A stretch of DNA of 37,471 bases from a bacterium (GCA_027296045.1 JAPUJS010000154.1:1-37471); one strand, 5' to 3'; shown: positions 1-7,743, counted from the stretch's first letter. Numbers and translations are program-made. The notes: generated by a model not told the origin, from the letters alone.

Positions 1-72
1 ACTTTAACTCCCTGCTGGGTTGTTATCATATAGGGCAAAGCCCCCTTCCAACCCCCGTAGAGGTTCAACTGG

Positions 73-2298
73 GTGAAACCACCAAAAACATCGATATTCA
101 AGCCTACTTCAGCCTGGTCCAGGGCGCAGATCTTCCCGACCGCCAGATTTGCACGGGCTTTCTGCCTCCTTTGCCTGATCTCCCTGGCCTATCCAAACCC
201 GGCCTGGTCCCAAACGGGCAATCTATCCGGTCGGATCACCGACGCTGAAACCGCCGACGGCCTTCCGGGTGCCAGCATTGTCCTGCTCGGGACACAACTG
301 GGCACCCTCACCGACGCAAACGGTATTTTTCGGCTTACCGGTCTCCCACCTGGCGACTACACCCTTTCCATCTCCATGGTCGGCTACACCCCCAAAGTGC
401 ATAAAAACGTAGGGGTCTTATCGGACAGCACCACCCTCTATAACGCCGACTTGACACCGACTGCCATCGAAATGCCCGCCCTGGTCGTGACTGCCAGCAA
501 GCGCCCCCGAAATCTGGTGGATGTCTCGACCAGTGTATCCCTTCTGGACGGCGAAACCCTTCGCCTACAAAACTCCGTCTCCTTAGACGAATCCTTAGAT
601 TATGCTCCGGGTGTGCATATGGTCAGCGGCCAGGTCAACATCCGGGGCTCCAGCGGATACTCCCGAGGCACCGGCAGCCGTGTCTTGCTCCTGATCGACG
701 GCTTTCCGGCCCTGTCTGCCGACAACAGCGATATCAAGTGGGACGCCATCCCCATGGACCAGATTGATCGGGTCGAAATCATCAAAGGCGCCGGTTCGGC
801 CCTCTATGGCACCGGTGCCCTGGGCGGTATCATCAATATTCTGACCCGAAAACCAACGGCCCGGCCAGAAACCCGCGTCTATATGATGGCCGGCTTTTAC
901 AGCCCCCCCCGTTTTCCCGAATGGTCCTGGACCTCCCATCGGCGCTACCTCCAGGGCATCGATATCAGCCACAGCCGCACCGAAGGAAACCTGGGAATCG
1001 TGGTGAGTGTCGGCCAGAAGTGGACCAACGGGTATCGCGAGAACGACTGGTATAAACGCTACAAAGGATTTGGCAAATTCCAGTATCAATTCACCCCAAC
1101 CACCACCCTGACCACCACCTTGAACTGGGCCATCAACGATCACGGCGTCTTTATCCAGTGGAAAGACCGCAACGAACCCCTGGAAGTGCCCATTCCAAAC
1201 CAGAACGACAAAACCATTTCCCGAAAACTCAACCTGAACCTCGACTTGTATCGTCTGCTCTCGCCCCAAACGGGCTATCGTATCAAAACCTTTGTGTACG
1301 GCACCGATTTCGACAATGATGTCGAGGGCAAAAGTGGTTCGACCGCTTATAAATTCGGCCAGGAAGCCCAGCTTGACCTGCAACCGGTCCCAAAGGCGGC
1401 ACTGACCTTTGGCGCGGAATGGATCTACGACTGGGTCCGATCTTCCCCCAACCTGTTTGGCCGTCACACCGGGTCCAATCTGGCCGCCTACGGCCAGGTC
1501 GAACTCGAACCGACACCCGATGTGAACCTTTCCCTGGGGATGCGCTATGACAGGAACAAAACGGACCGCACCGAACACAGCTTCAGTCCCAAAATCGGCC
1601 TGGCCTATCGCCCCACAGAAATCACCTCCTTGCGAACCACCCTCGGCTGGGGATTCCGCGGCCCTTCGATTGCCGAAATCTACACCGATGCCATCTTTTC
1701 GGGCGTTCCCATCATCCCCAATCCCGATTTAAAAGCCGAACGATCCTTATCCTTTGAAGTGGGCATCAACCAGCACATCACCCCCTATCTTCGGGCCGAC
1801 CTGGCCGCTTTCTGGACCCGCTATGAAAACCTTATCGAAGCCAGCCCGGACCCTTCCGGAACCGTCAGCTTTCGAAATGTTTCCAGAGGCAAAATAGCTG
1901 GCCTGGAAATCAGTGCCCAGGCTTCTTTCGGCCCCCTGGGATGGGAAGGCAACTATACCTGGATAGATGCCACAGAAAATCTCTCCACCGGCAGCCAGCC
2001 CCTGCCCTATCGTCCCCGTCATATTGCGAGTTCTGGCGTCCAACTCATGTTCGGCCGCTTCACGCTCGCAGGCCGCTTCACCTACCGCAGTGCCATTCAA
2101 CGCGCCTCCGGTCTCTTTCCGGAAGGCAACCGGGATCTCATAGCCATTTACCGAATGGACCTGTCTGGCAGCTACGATTTCGGCCCCCTAACAGCAACCG
2201 CCAAAATTCACAACGCGCTGGAATATAATTATACCCAAGTCGAACGCAATCTGGGTCCACCGCGCCGATTTACACTCAGTCTGTCCGGATCATTTTAA
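73..2298 (+). CDS. TonB-dependent outer-membrane receptor with CarboxypepD_reg-like N-terminal domain
   Basis: 741-aa ORF with a signal-like N-terminus (CLLCLISLAYPNPAWSQ). GNLSGRITDAETADGLPGASIVLLGT...DANGIFRL..LPPGDYTL is typical of the carboxypeptidase-regulatory-like domain. A plug-like segment (VVTASKR...IDRVEIIKGAGSALYG) is followed by a long Y/G/N-rich beta-barrel ending in an aromatic F. GTG start as in the ORF track. Confidence 0.85.
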   Translation: MKPPKTSIFKPTSAWSRAQIFPTARFARAFCLLCLISLAYPNPAWSQTGNLSGRITDAETADGLPGASIVLLGTQLGTLTDANGIFRLTGLPPGDYTLSISMVGYTPKVHKNVGVLSDSTTLYNADLTPTAIEMPALVVTASKRPRNLVDVSTSVSLLDGETLRLQNSVSLDESLDYAPGVHMVSGQVNIRGSSGYSRGTGSRVLLLIDGFPALSADNSDIKWDAIPMDQIDRVEIIKGAGSALYGTGALGGIINILTRKPTARPETRVYMMAGFYSPPRFPEWSWTSHRRYLQGIDISHSRTEGNLGIVVSVGQKWTNGYRENDWYKRYKGFGKFQYQFTPTTTLTTTLNWAINDHGVFIQWKDRNEPLEVPIPNQNDKTISRKLNLNLDLYRLLSPQTGYRIKTFVYGTDFDNDVEGKSGSTAYKFGQEAQLDLQPVPKAALTFGAEWIYDWVRSSPNLFGRHTGSNLAAYGQVELEPTPDVNLSLGMRYDRNKTDRTEHSFSPKIGLAYRPTEITSLRTTLGWGFRGPSIAEIYTDAIFSGVPIIPNPDLKAERSLSFEVGINQHITPYLRADLAAFWTRYENLIEASPDPSGTVSFRNVSRGKIAGLEISAQASFGPLGWEGNYTWIDATENLSTGSQPLPYRPRHIASSGVQLMFGRFTLAGRFTYRSAIQRASGLFPEGNRDLIAIYRMDLSGSYDFGPLTATAKIHNALEYNYTQVERNLGPPRRFTLSLSGSF

Positions 2299-2312
2299 GA
2301 AAGGAACTCCCG

Positions 2313-2783
2313 ATGAATCGCATTATATTGATTGTGATGTGCCTGTGCTCCCTGATCGTCACACCTCAGGTTGAAGCCTTCGACCTGTTTTCCTTTAAAG
2401 TAGGCGGCGGATATATTCCCGAAGGCAGCCTGCCCGGCGGGATTGTCAAAGCAGATATCGGTCCCTTGAGTCCCTTTGCCGAATTCTTCCGTAAAAACAG
2501 CACCACAACCGTCAACATCGGTGCCAATATCCTCCTGATCAAAGTCTCCGCCCCCATTCTCAAACCCTATCTGGGGGCCGGAGGGGGCATCAGCCGGAGT
2601 TCGGGAGGCGGTCGGTCCAAAGTCCGCTCGTTGATCACCGGCATTGCAGGGGCAGACCTCAAACTGACCGAAAGTTTGCACGTTTTCGGTCAGGCCAAAT
2701 ATCTCTACACCCACGGCTCGGGTCGCTTTATGATTCGAGAAGTCGCCCTGCAAGGCGGCCTTGTCTTTGGGATCGGATTGTAG
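2313..2783 (+). CDS. Small outer-membrane beta-barrel protein (family not identified)
   Basis: 156 aa with a signal peptide (MNRIILIVMCLCSLIVTPQVEA) and an alternating hydrophobic/Gly-rich strand pattern. It starts 15 nt after the receptor stop. No specific family motif recognised. Confidence 0.5.
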   Translation: MNRIILIVMCLCSLIVTPQVEAFDLFSFKVGGGYIPEGSLPGGIVKADIGPLSPFAEFFRKNSTTTVNIGANILLIKVSAPILKPYLGAGGGISRSSGGGRSKVRSLITGIAGADLKLTESLHVFGQAKYLYTHGSGRFMIREVALQGGLVFGIGL

Positions 2784-2879
2784 TTCATTTCCCAAGCAAG
2801 CCTCCAACGGTTGTTCTTCCACAGCCACAAATCACACAGTCATTTCTCTTAACCCCAGAAGGAAGGAATTCATATTCTT

Positions 2880-3848
2880 ATGAAAGCCATTCGCGTTCAC
2901 CAGACAGGCGGTCCCGAAGTCCTCACACTCGATGATATCCCCACACCCGAACCCGGTGCGGGCGAAGTCCTGGTCAAAATCGAAGCCGCCGGATTGAACT
3001 TTATCGACACCTACCACCGCACCGGCCTCTATCCCCTGGACCTGCCAATCCCTCTTGGCCTGGAAGGATCCGGGATAGTGGAAGCCGTTGGCACCGATGT
3101 AGGGGATTTGCAAATCGGCGATGCGGTTGCCTGGAGCAGCATTGCGGGTTCTTATGCCGAATACATCGCCGCTCCGGAAGAAAGCGTGGTCAAACTGCCC
3201 GAAGGCGTAGCAACCAAATCCGGTGCGGCCGTTATGCTCCAGGGCATGACCGCCCATTATCTGGCCCACAGCACCTACCCCCTCAAGGAAGGGGACACCT
3301 GCCTCATCCATGCTGCCGCCGGCGGTGTGGGCCTGCTTTTGGTTCAGATGGCCAAAAAATGCGGTGCCAGAGTCTTTGGCACCACCTCCACACCCGAGAA
3401 AGCCGATCTGGCCAAAGGGGCTGGGGCAGACGAAATCATCCTGTATACCGAACAGGACTTTGAAGCCGAAGTCCAGCGTCTTACAGACGGACAGGGCGTG
3501 AATGTCGTCTACGACTCGGTGGCCAAAGCCACCTGGGAGAAAAGCATCAACTCGCTTCGCCCCAGAGGCTACATGGTCTTTTTTGGCAATGCCAGTGGAC
3601 CGGTCCCCCCCATCGATCCCCTTCTTCTGAGCCAAAAAGGCTCCATCTTTGTCACCCGTCCAACCCTGGGACATTACACGGCCACCCGGGAAGAATTCCT
3701 GAGTCGGACCCAGGACATCTTCTCGTGGATTCAATCGGGCCAACTGAACGTCCACATCGGAGAAGAGCACCCCCTGGAACAGGCAGCCGAAGCACACCGA
3801 AGGCTGGAAGGCCGTCAGACAACCGGAAAAGTGCTGATTATTCCATAA
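2880..3848 (+). CDS. qor: NADPH:quinone oxidoreductase (zeta-crystallin / MDR family)
   Basis: 322 aa. The N-terminus MKAIRVHQTGGPEVL...AAGLNFIDTYHRTGLYP...LGLEGSGIVEAVG closely parallels E. coli Qor. It has an AAGGVG nucleotide-binding motif and the C-terminal TGKVLIIP. SD AAGGAAGGAA lies upstream. Confidence 0.9.
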   Translation: MKAIRVHQTGGPEVLTLDDIPTPEPGAGEVLVKIEAAGLNFIDTYHRTGLYPLDLPIPLGLEGSGIVEAVGTDVGDLQIGDAVAWSSIAGSYAEYIAAPEESVVKLPEGVATKSGAAVMLQGMTAHYLAHSTYPLKEGDTCLIHAAAGGVGLLLVQMAKKCGARVFGTTSTPEKADLAKGAGADEIILYTEQDFEAEVQRLTDGQGVNVVYDSVAKATWEKSINSLRPRGYMVFFGNASGPVPPIDPLLLSQKGSIFVTRPTLGHYTATREEFLSRTQDIFSWIQSGQLNVHIGEEHPLEQAAEAHRRLEGRQTTGKVLIIP

Positions 3849-3856
3849 AAGCAAAG

Positions 3857-4021
3857 GCGGGATCACAGAACTCCACCCCGCCCCCAAACCCCTCACACGA
3901 ATCAGCACGAAAAACACGAAACCCCACACCGCTCCCGGATGGGAGAAGGTGGTGGGGTTTCGTGTTTTTCGTGAGGTGGAAGGGTGACCAGGAGGGGTTT
4001 CGTGGCCCTCTGTGATCCCGC
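3857..4021. repeat. Compound rod-like inverted repeat (~165 nt, four nested helices)
   Basis: Read directly from the sequence. Outer 13-bp helix: 3857-3869 GCGGGATCACAGA with 4009-4021 TCTGTGATCCCGC. Middle 9-bp helix: 3886-3894 AAACCCCTC with 3992-4000 GAGGGGTTT. Inner perfect 22-bp helix: 3906-3927 CACGAAAAACACGAAACCCCAC with 3952-3973. Apical 5-bp hairpin: CTCCC-GGAT-GGGAG (3932-3945). The motif GGGGTTTCGTG occurs twice (3954-3964, 3994-4004) and its complement once (3915-3925). Confidence 0.8.
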
Positions 4022-4149
4022 ACTACAAAATAAATAAAACTTAAAATACTGTAAATATTTATCTTATATATTTTTTAAGAAAAATTACAAAAAAGCGCAA
4101 AAAAAACCTCAAGACTGCTCATCTTCATGCCGATAACTAAGGAAGAGGG

Positions 4150-4383
4150 GTGATACACACAACTCCGATGCCGAAGACCTTGATCCCACCAAAAATCGAA
4201 AGATGGGTCGTTCCGATGGACCACCAGAAATTGATGTGGCTTCAAACGGAGCTTTCAAAATTGTTTTCTCAATTGCTCGGAGAGGAGGTCGAATTAACCG
4301 TTGCAGAGGCCTTGCAAGTGGCTTCCGCCCTAGGATGCACGCATCCAGAAATTCCGGGAAAACTCGTCTCGCAGTTTAATTGA
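4150..4383 (+). CDS. Hypothetical small protein (77 aa; may start at ATG 4168)
   Basis: ORF preceded by SD-like AAGGAAGAGGGG. Codon usage is visibly more A/T-ending (ttg, tta, caa, aaa, ttt) than in neighbouring genes. No recognisable family. Confidence 0.4.
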   Translation: MIHTTPMPKTLIPPKIERWVVPMDHQKLMWLQTELSKLFSQLLGEEVELTVAEALQVASALGCTHPEIPGKLVSQFN

Positions 4384-4409
4384 ATGCCGAATCACACAAA
4401 GGATTGAAC

Positions 4410-4718
4410 ATGCCAGCAGGAATCGGTCAATCAGTTGCAAACCCTGCCGCCCTGACCCGTCCCCAGGCCAATGGCCAGCGGGAGACTCAGGCTCCGGCAG
4501 AACCATCCCAAGCAGCACAAACCTCCCTTGCTACCGAACAGGATCAGGTCGTACGAGCGCCTGAAGCCAATACCGGCAGCCAGGGCGTTGAGAATCAACC
4601 GAGCGGTGCCGGTCAAGGCGAGTCAACCGGTGCTGCCAGCCCCCCCGAACCCACACCTCAGCCTCGTCAGCTCGAGGTAGAACGAGGGTTGGGTGGCAAT
4701 GTAGATGTCACCGCCTGA
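4410..4718 (+). CDS. Hypothetical Pro/Gln/Ala/Gly-rich low-complexity protein
   Basis: ATG at 4410 with AAAGGA 6 nt upstream (the ORF track starts at TTG 4380). The sequence looks intrinsically disordered and has no recognisable domain. Confidence 0.4.
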   Translation: MPAGIGQSVANPAALTRPQANGQRETQAPAEPSQAAQTSLATEQDQVVRAPEANTGSQGVENQPSGAGQGESTGAASPPEPTPQPRQLEVERGLGGNVDVTA

Positions 4719-4852
4719 TTGCTTGTAACGGGCAAGCCGTCCAAGGTCACAGATCGAATGTCCCGCGGAAAGACACTTGATCTGGGTCGGTTTCTCCACA
4801 GGCTTCGGACTCGTCAATCGAATGCAGTGCTAACGTTTGGTAGGCTAGTGTT

Positions 4853-5854
4853 ATGCCGATTTTTACCTCGCGATTTTCGCCAGAAAGATCGCTGCTCGGG
4901 ACCTTTCTATCTACTCGCTCCCAGCGGGAAACAGAAAAGCGCCAGCGGACCGAATCTGACCCGCAGGCTCAGAACAGGCCCCAGGTCGATCGCCTCGAAC
5001 TGAGCGACCGCCCCGGTGAACGCACCGCTGAAGTGCGGACAACCCAGGTCCCCGAAACAGTCAATCGGGAAACCCAGGATGTACAGGTGCGGGTTTCCGA
5101 CAGCCGTTCCTTTGCGCAGCAGCTGCGCTTAAGACGGGCGGCCCAGGAAGCCGTCGAAGAGCTGCAAGAGCCTGACGCGTCCACCCCACCCCCTGAGCCC
5201 ACTGTGACCGCACCACGTTCTGCGGCCGAATTCAGGCTCCGCATCCGTCAGGAAAACCAGGCCTCCGTACAGAGTGCTGCACCCGACCGCCTGGAAGGGT
5301 TTCTGAACGGCCTCACGGCCTTCCAGAATATCAGCACGGCCATCCTGGAAGAGAATCGGGCTGCCAGCGAAACAGCTGCTCCCGAACGCCTGGAAGCCCT
5401 CTTTGGCACCCCCATTAATGAAGCCCCAACAGCAGAAGCCGTGGAACCGCCTCCTGAAACGCCTGTCGAAAACACAGCGGTTCGAGAAGCAAACACCCTG
5501 GCCGTTCCACTACAACTCTCTTCGGAGCCGCCTTCCTTAAACGATCAACAGGAAGCGCTCCGTGAAGATTTGCGAACCATTGCCAATGGTCTGCGCACCG
5601 ACGCCGCGATTGAAAATCGAATCAACGTCGAACAAACTGCCCAGACGACTGCAAGGGCTTCCCGGCAGCAGCAGCGCCAGGAGGTTCAGGACAACCAGAA
5701 CGAGATTCGGTCGCTCCAGTCTTCGCGCCGACAGGTGCAGCAGGAAATCCAGCAGACCGATCAGGCCATCCGACAGCTGCAAAACCGAAACGCGCGGCTT
5801 CAGAACAGTCAATTTTCTGGCTCCGGATCGTCCCTCGACATCCTGGCCCAGTAA
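4853..5854 (+). CDS. Hypothetical low-complexity protein with Gln-rich C-terminal coiled coil
   Basis: 333 aa, rich in E/Q/R/T/A/P. It has an internal repeat AAPDRLEGF / AAPERLEAL, and its C-terminal ~70 aa look heptad-like (QQQRQEVQDNQNEIRSLQSSRRQVQQEIQQTDQAIRQLQNRNARLQ). There is no signal peptide and no clear SD, so the start is uncertain. Confidence 0.45.
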   Translation: MPIFTSRFSPERSLLGTFLSTRSQRETEKRQRTESDPQAQNRPQVDRLELSDRPGERTAEVRTTQVPETVNRETQDVQVRVSDSRSFAQQLRLRRAAQEAVEELQEPDASTPPPEPTVTAPRSAAEFRLRIRQENQASVQSAAPDRLEGFLNGLTAFQNISTAILEENRAASETAAPERLEALFGTPINEAPTAEAVEPPPETPVENTAVREANTLAVPLQLSSEPPSLNDQQEALREDLRTIANGLRTDAAIENRINVEQTAQTTARASRQQQRQEVQDNQNEIRSLQSSRRQVQQEIQQTDQAIRQLQNRNARLQNSQFSGSGSSLDILAQ

Positions 5855-5969
5855 AACAGAAAAATCAGGTACGAAGCCGACCTGCGCCCGTAACGGCTTC
5901 AGACAATGTGACATTCGGAGTGGCGCATTGTCACGTACCACTGCCAATTTAAGTGGTACCGATTGGTCA

Positions 5970-6026
5970 ACCCCCTTTCCCAGTAGGAGCCCAAGGCCAC
6001 CGAACGGAAAGGGGGTCATTTTTTTG
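5970..6026 (+). terminator. Rho-independent terminator candidate after the 333-aa ORF
   Basis: An 11-bp stem, ACCCCCTTTCC (5970-5980) with GGAAAGGGGGT (6006-6016), encloses a large 25-nt loop and is followed by a T7 run (6019-6025). Confidence 0.6.
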
Positions 6027-6030
6027 CATC

Positions 6031-6065
6031 AAAAAAAAGATGCCTTCGGTTGGGCATCTTTTTTA
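6031..6065 (-). terminator. Bidirectional rho-independent terminator (serves the ferredoxin gene on the - strand)
   Basis: An A8 run, then stem AAGATGCC / GGCATCTT (6037-6044 / 6053-6060), then a T run. On the - strand it reads hairpin followed by TTTTTTTT. Confidence 0.7.
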
Positions 6066-6089
6066 CTACCTACATATTTGGCTTCTTTA

Positions 6090-6677
6090 TCAGGCATCTC
6101 CCCTTCGTTCAATCACAATTGCTTTGGGCAAAGTGGGACACACATACTCACACACACCGCACCCAATACACCCGTTCAAAACCGCCACCTTTTTCTGGTC
6201 GTCCAGACGGATGGCCTCACTCCCCAGCGGACAAAAATCTACACAGGCCGTACAATCCTCACCTTTTGACCGCACACAGGTCCCCTCTGAAACCGCAGCC
6301 AGTCCGATCCGAATTTGATCGACCGGAATATTCCGCAAAGCGCCACTGGGACATTCGGCCATACAGGACAGGTCGTCGCACACCACGCAGGGCTGTTGTG
6401 CCGGACGAATATAGGGTGTCCCATTCAGCCGTTCCTCTTCCTGGTTGAGATACACAATCGCATTGGCCGGACACACATCGCCACAAACCCCGCAGCGTTG
6501 ACAGGTTTCTACAAAGGTCGCTTCCGGAAGCGCTCCCGGGGGCCGCAACAACGGTTTGGGTGAAGGCTTAACCGCCTCCAGCCCCTCTTCCACAAAATCG
6601 GCCGCCGGAACCACGTATCGCCGCAACACTTCTTTAAAAAAATCTCGGCGACCGCCCCCGTCTTTTTCCTGTCCCAC
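6090..6677 (-). CDS. NapF/MauM-like ferredoxin-type protein with four 4Fe-4S motifs and a Tat-like RRDFFK N-terminus
   Basis: The four motifs are CQRCGVCGDVCP, CVVCDDLSCMAECP, CVRSKGEDCTACVDFCP and CIGCGVCEYVCP. The N-terminus GGRRDFFKEV...LRPPGALPEATFVETC parallels the NapF architecture (RRxxL..RPPxA..E..F...C.RC). A GTG start directly abuts the upstream TAG, with AGGAGG 11 nt upstream. Confidence 0.75.
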   Translation of the reverse strand: MGQEKDGGGRRDFFKEVLRRYVVPAADFVEEGLEAVKPSPKPLLRPPGALPEATFVETCQRCGVCGDVCPANAIVYLNQEEERLNGTPYIRPAQQPCVVCDDLSCMAECPSGALRNIPVDQIRIGLAAVSEGTCVRSKGEDCTACVDFCPLGSEAIRLDDQKKVAVLNGCIGCGVCEYVCPTLPKAIVIERRGDA

Positions 6678-7424
6678 CTAAATCACCACCTCCTGTAACA
6701 CGCCCCGCATGTCCATTTCGTATTCGATCTCCACAATCGGTGGACGGGCGTGATACCAACGAATACCGTGTCGAGCGGCTTCTCCTATGCGCTTTAGCAC
6801 CAGATCTTCTACCAGCCCTTCCACTGCATGCACGGTATAAATATTGACTGCCGTCATCAAATCCCAACTCCCGCCAAGCCCCAGCAAGCGTTTTTCCATC
6901 ACATCAACTACATAAGCCGCCTTCTCCCGCATCGCCTCTTCAGAAGTCTCTCCGCGCCGAATGATGGCTTCGCGAACCAGTTTTGGAGAATCCAGTTCCC
7001 CGCCCCCTGCGATCACCACGGTCTTTCGACTGCTCTTGGTAGGCACAGTATACGAAAACCCGTACAAGACCGGCTCACGGACCTTCTCAAAAGCGGGAGA
7101 GACATTGGTTCGTGCCACCGGATTGACGCCGTCGACATACAGCTCCCACGCCTCGAGCATAGCACAATAATCCCGGTTAAATGCAATAAACCCATCCATC
7201 GAATAAGGGGTTGGGCAACGCAACTCGATACCACAGAGTACTGCTCGGTCCCGACCGATTGCGTTCAAATAGGAATCGATTCGTTCAAACCCTTCCCGCC
7301 AGGGCAAAACCTGTTCCAAAACGGCGTGTACGATCTCAAACCCGGGCTGTGCAATTGCGCCGCTCGAATAAGGCGCAATCCCTTTCAAAAACAGATAATG
7401 TCCATTTTTATTTTCAATAAGCAT
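6678..7424 (-). CDS. Conserved hypothetical protein with a RidA/YjgF-like C-terminal signature
   Basis: The ATG at 7424 is preferred (GGAAAGGGG upstream) over the TTG at 7451. The C-terminus (MTAVNIYTVHAVEGL...RWYHARPPIVEIEYEMDMRGV) resembles the RidA pattern (...vyl.d...f...PaR..v.v..LP.g.lvEie). At ~248 aa it is about twice the length of a canonical RidA. Function unknown. Confidence 0.5.
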   Translation of the reverse strand: MLIENKNGHYLFLKGIAPYSSGAIAQPGFEIVHAVLEQVLPWREGFERIDSYLNAIGRDRAVLCGIELRCPTPYSMDGFIAFNRDYCAMLEAWELYVDGVNPVARTNVSPAFEKVREPVLYGFSYTVPTKSSRKTVVIAGGGELDSPKLVREAIIRRGETSEEAMREKAAYVVDVMEKRLLGLGGSWDLMTAVNIYTVHAVEGLVEDLVLKRIGEAARHGIRWYHARPPIVEIEYEMDMRGVLQEVVI

Positions 7425-7504
7425 CCTCGAACCCCTTTCCAACAGAATCAACCTGGCTGTAGTCTGCCTTCCTTAAATTGCCGGGAACGATATCGACCGG
7501 GGCA

Positions 7505-7533
7505 AAAATATCACAATTATTCAACCCTGTCAA
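7505..7533 (-). promoter_or_regulatory. Sigma-70-type promoter candidate for the RidA-like/ferredoxin pair
   Basis: The - strand reads TTGACA (7533-7528), a 17-nt spacer, then TATTTT (7510-7505). Confidence 0.45.
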
Positions 7534-7579
7534 GTGATGGAACTTTAGAAATTTCATAGGATTATTTTTAAAGAAAGGG

Positions 7580-7608
7580 TTGACTTTGGGGGGTCATATG
7601 CCGATAAT
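7580..7608 (+). promoter_or_regulatory. Sigma-70-type promoter candidate P1 upstream of the sigma factor gene
   Basis: TTGACT (7580-7585), a 17-nt spacer, then GATAAT (7603-7608). Confidence 0.5.
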
Positions 7609-7642
7609 TTTTAAGAGGGTTCGCCAAAGATTATAATTTTTC

Positions 7643-7671
7643 TTGACAACCCCTATTAAATCCATATATAT
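7643..7671 (+). promoter_or_regulatory. Sigma-70-type promoter candidate P2 upstream of the sigma factor gene
   Basis: TTGACA (7643-7648), a 16/17-nt spacer, then TATATA/ATATAT (7665-7671). A perfect TATAAT also lies at 7632-7637 without a good -35. Confidence 0.5.
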
Positions 7672-7743
7672 CCGCATCCAACTTTTAAGCGGACCTGCAA
7701 AATACCAATCACCACCCTTTAACGACAATCGAGGTGATATACA

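Noticed and set aside
595-1578. 327-aa antisense ORF inside the TonB-dependent receptor gene
   Set aside because: The sense strand encodes an unmistakable receptor. The antisense translation is G/A/V/P-rich with no motif, which is typical of a shadow ORF in GC-rich coding DNA.
2832-3929. 365-aa ORF antisense to qor
   Set aside because: The qor frame has clear family motifs. The antisense product is low-complexity, and its 5' end runs into the palindromic element.
4128-4137. Recurring TGCCGATAA(T/C) motif (also at 7599-7608 and, in a variant form, at 18749-18760)
   Set aside because: It is probably just -10-like GATAAT/GATAAC promoter elements with chance flanking similarity. Three loose copies are too few to call a regulatory motif.
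4410-5000. FlgM-like anti-sigma-28 factor (disordered N-terminus; VDRLELSD resembling the dkVelS motif)
   Set aside because: The conserved C-terminal FlgM helix pattern (..I+..I..G.Y.vD...iA) is absent from both ORFs. The resemblance is limited to low-complexity sequence.
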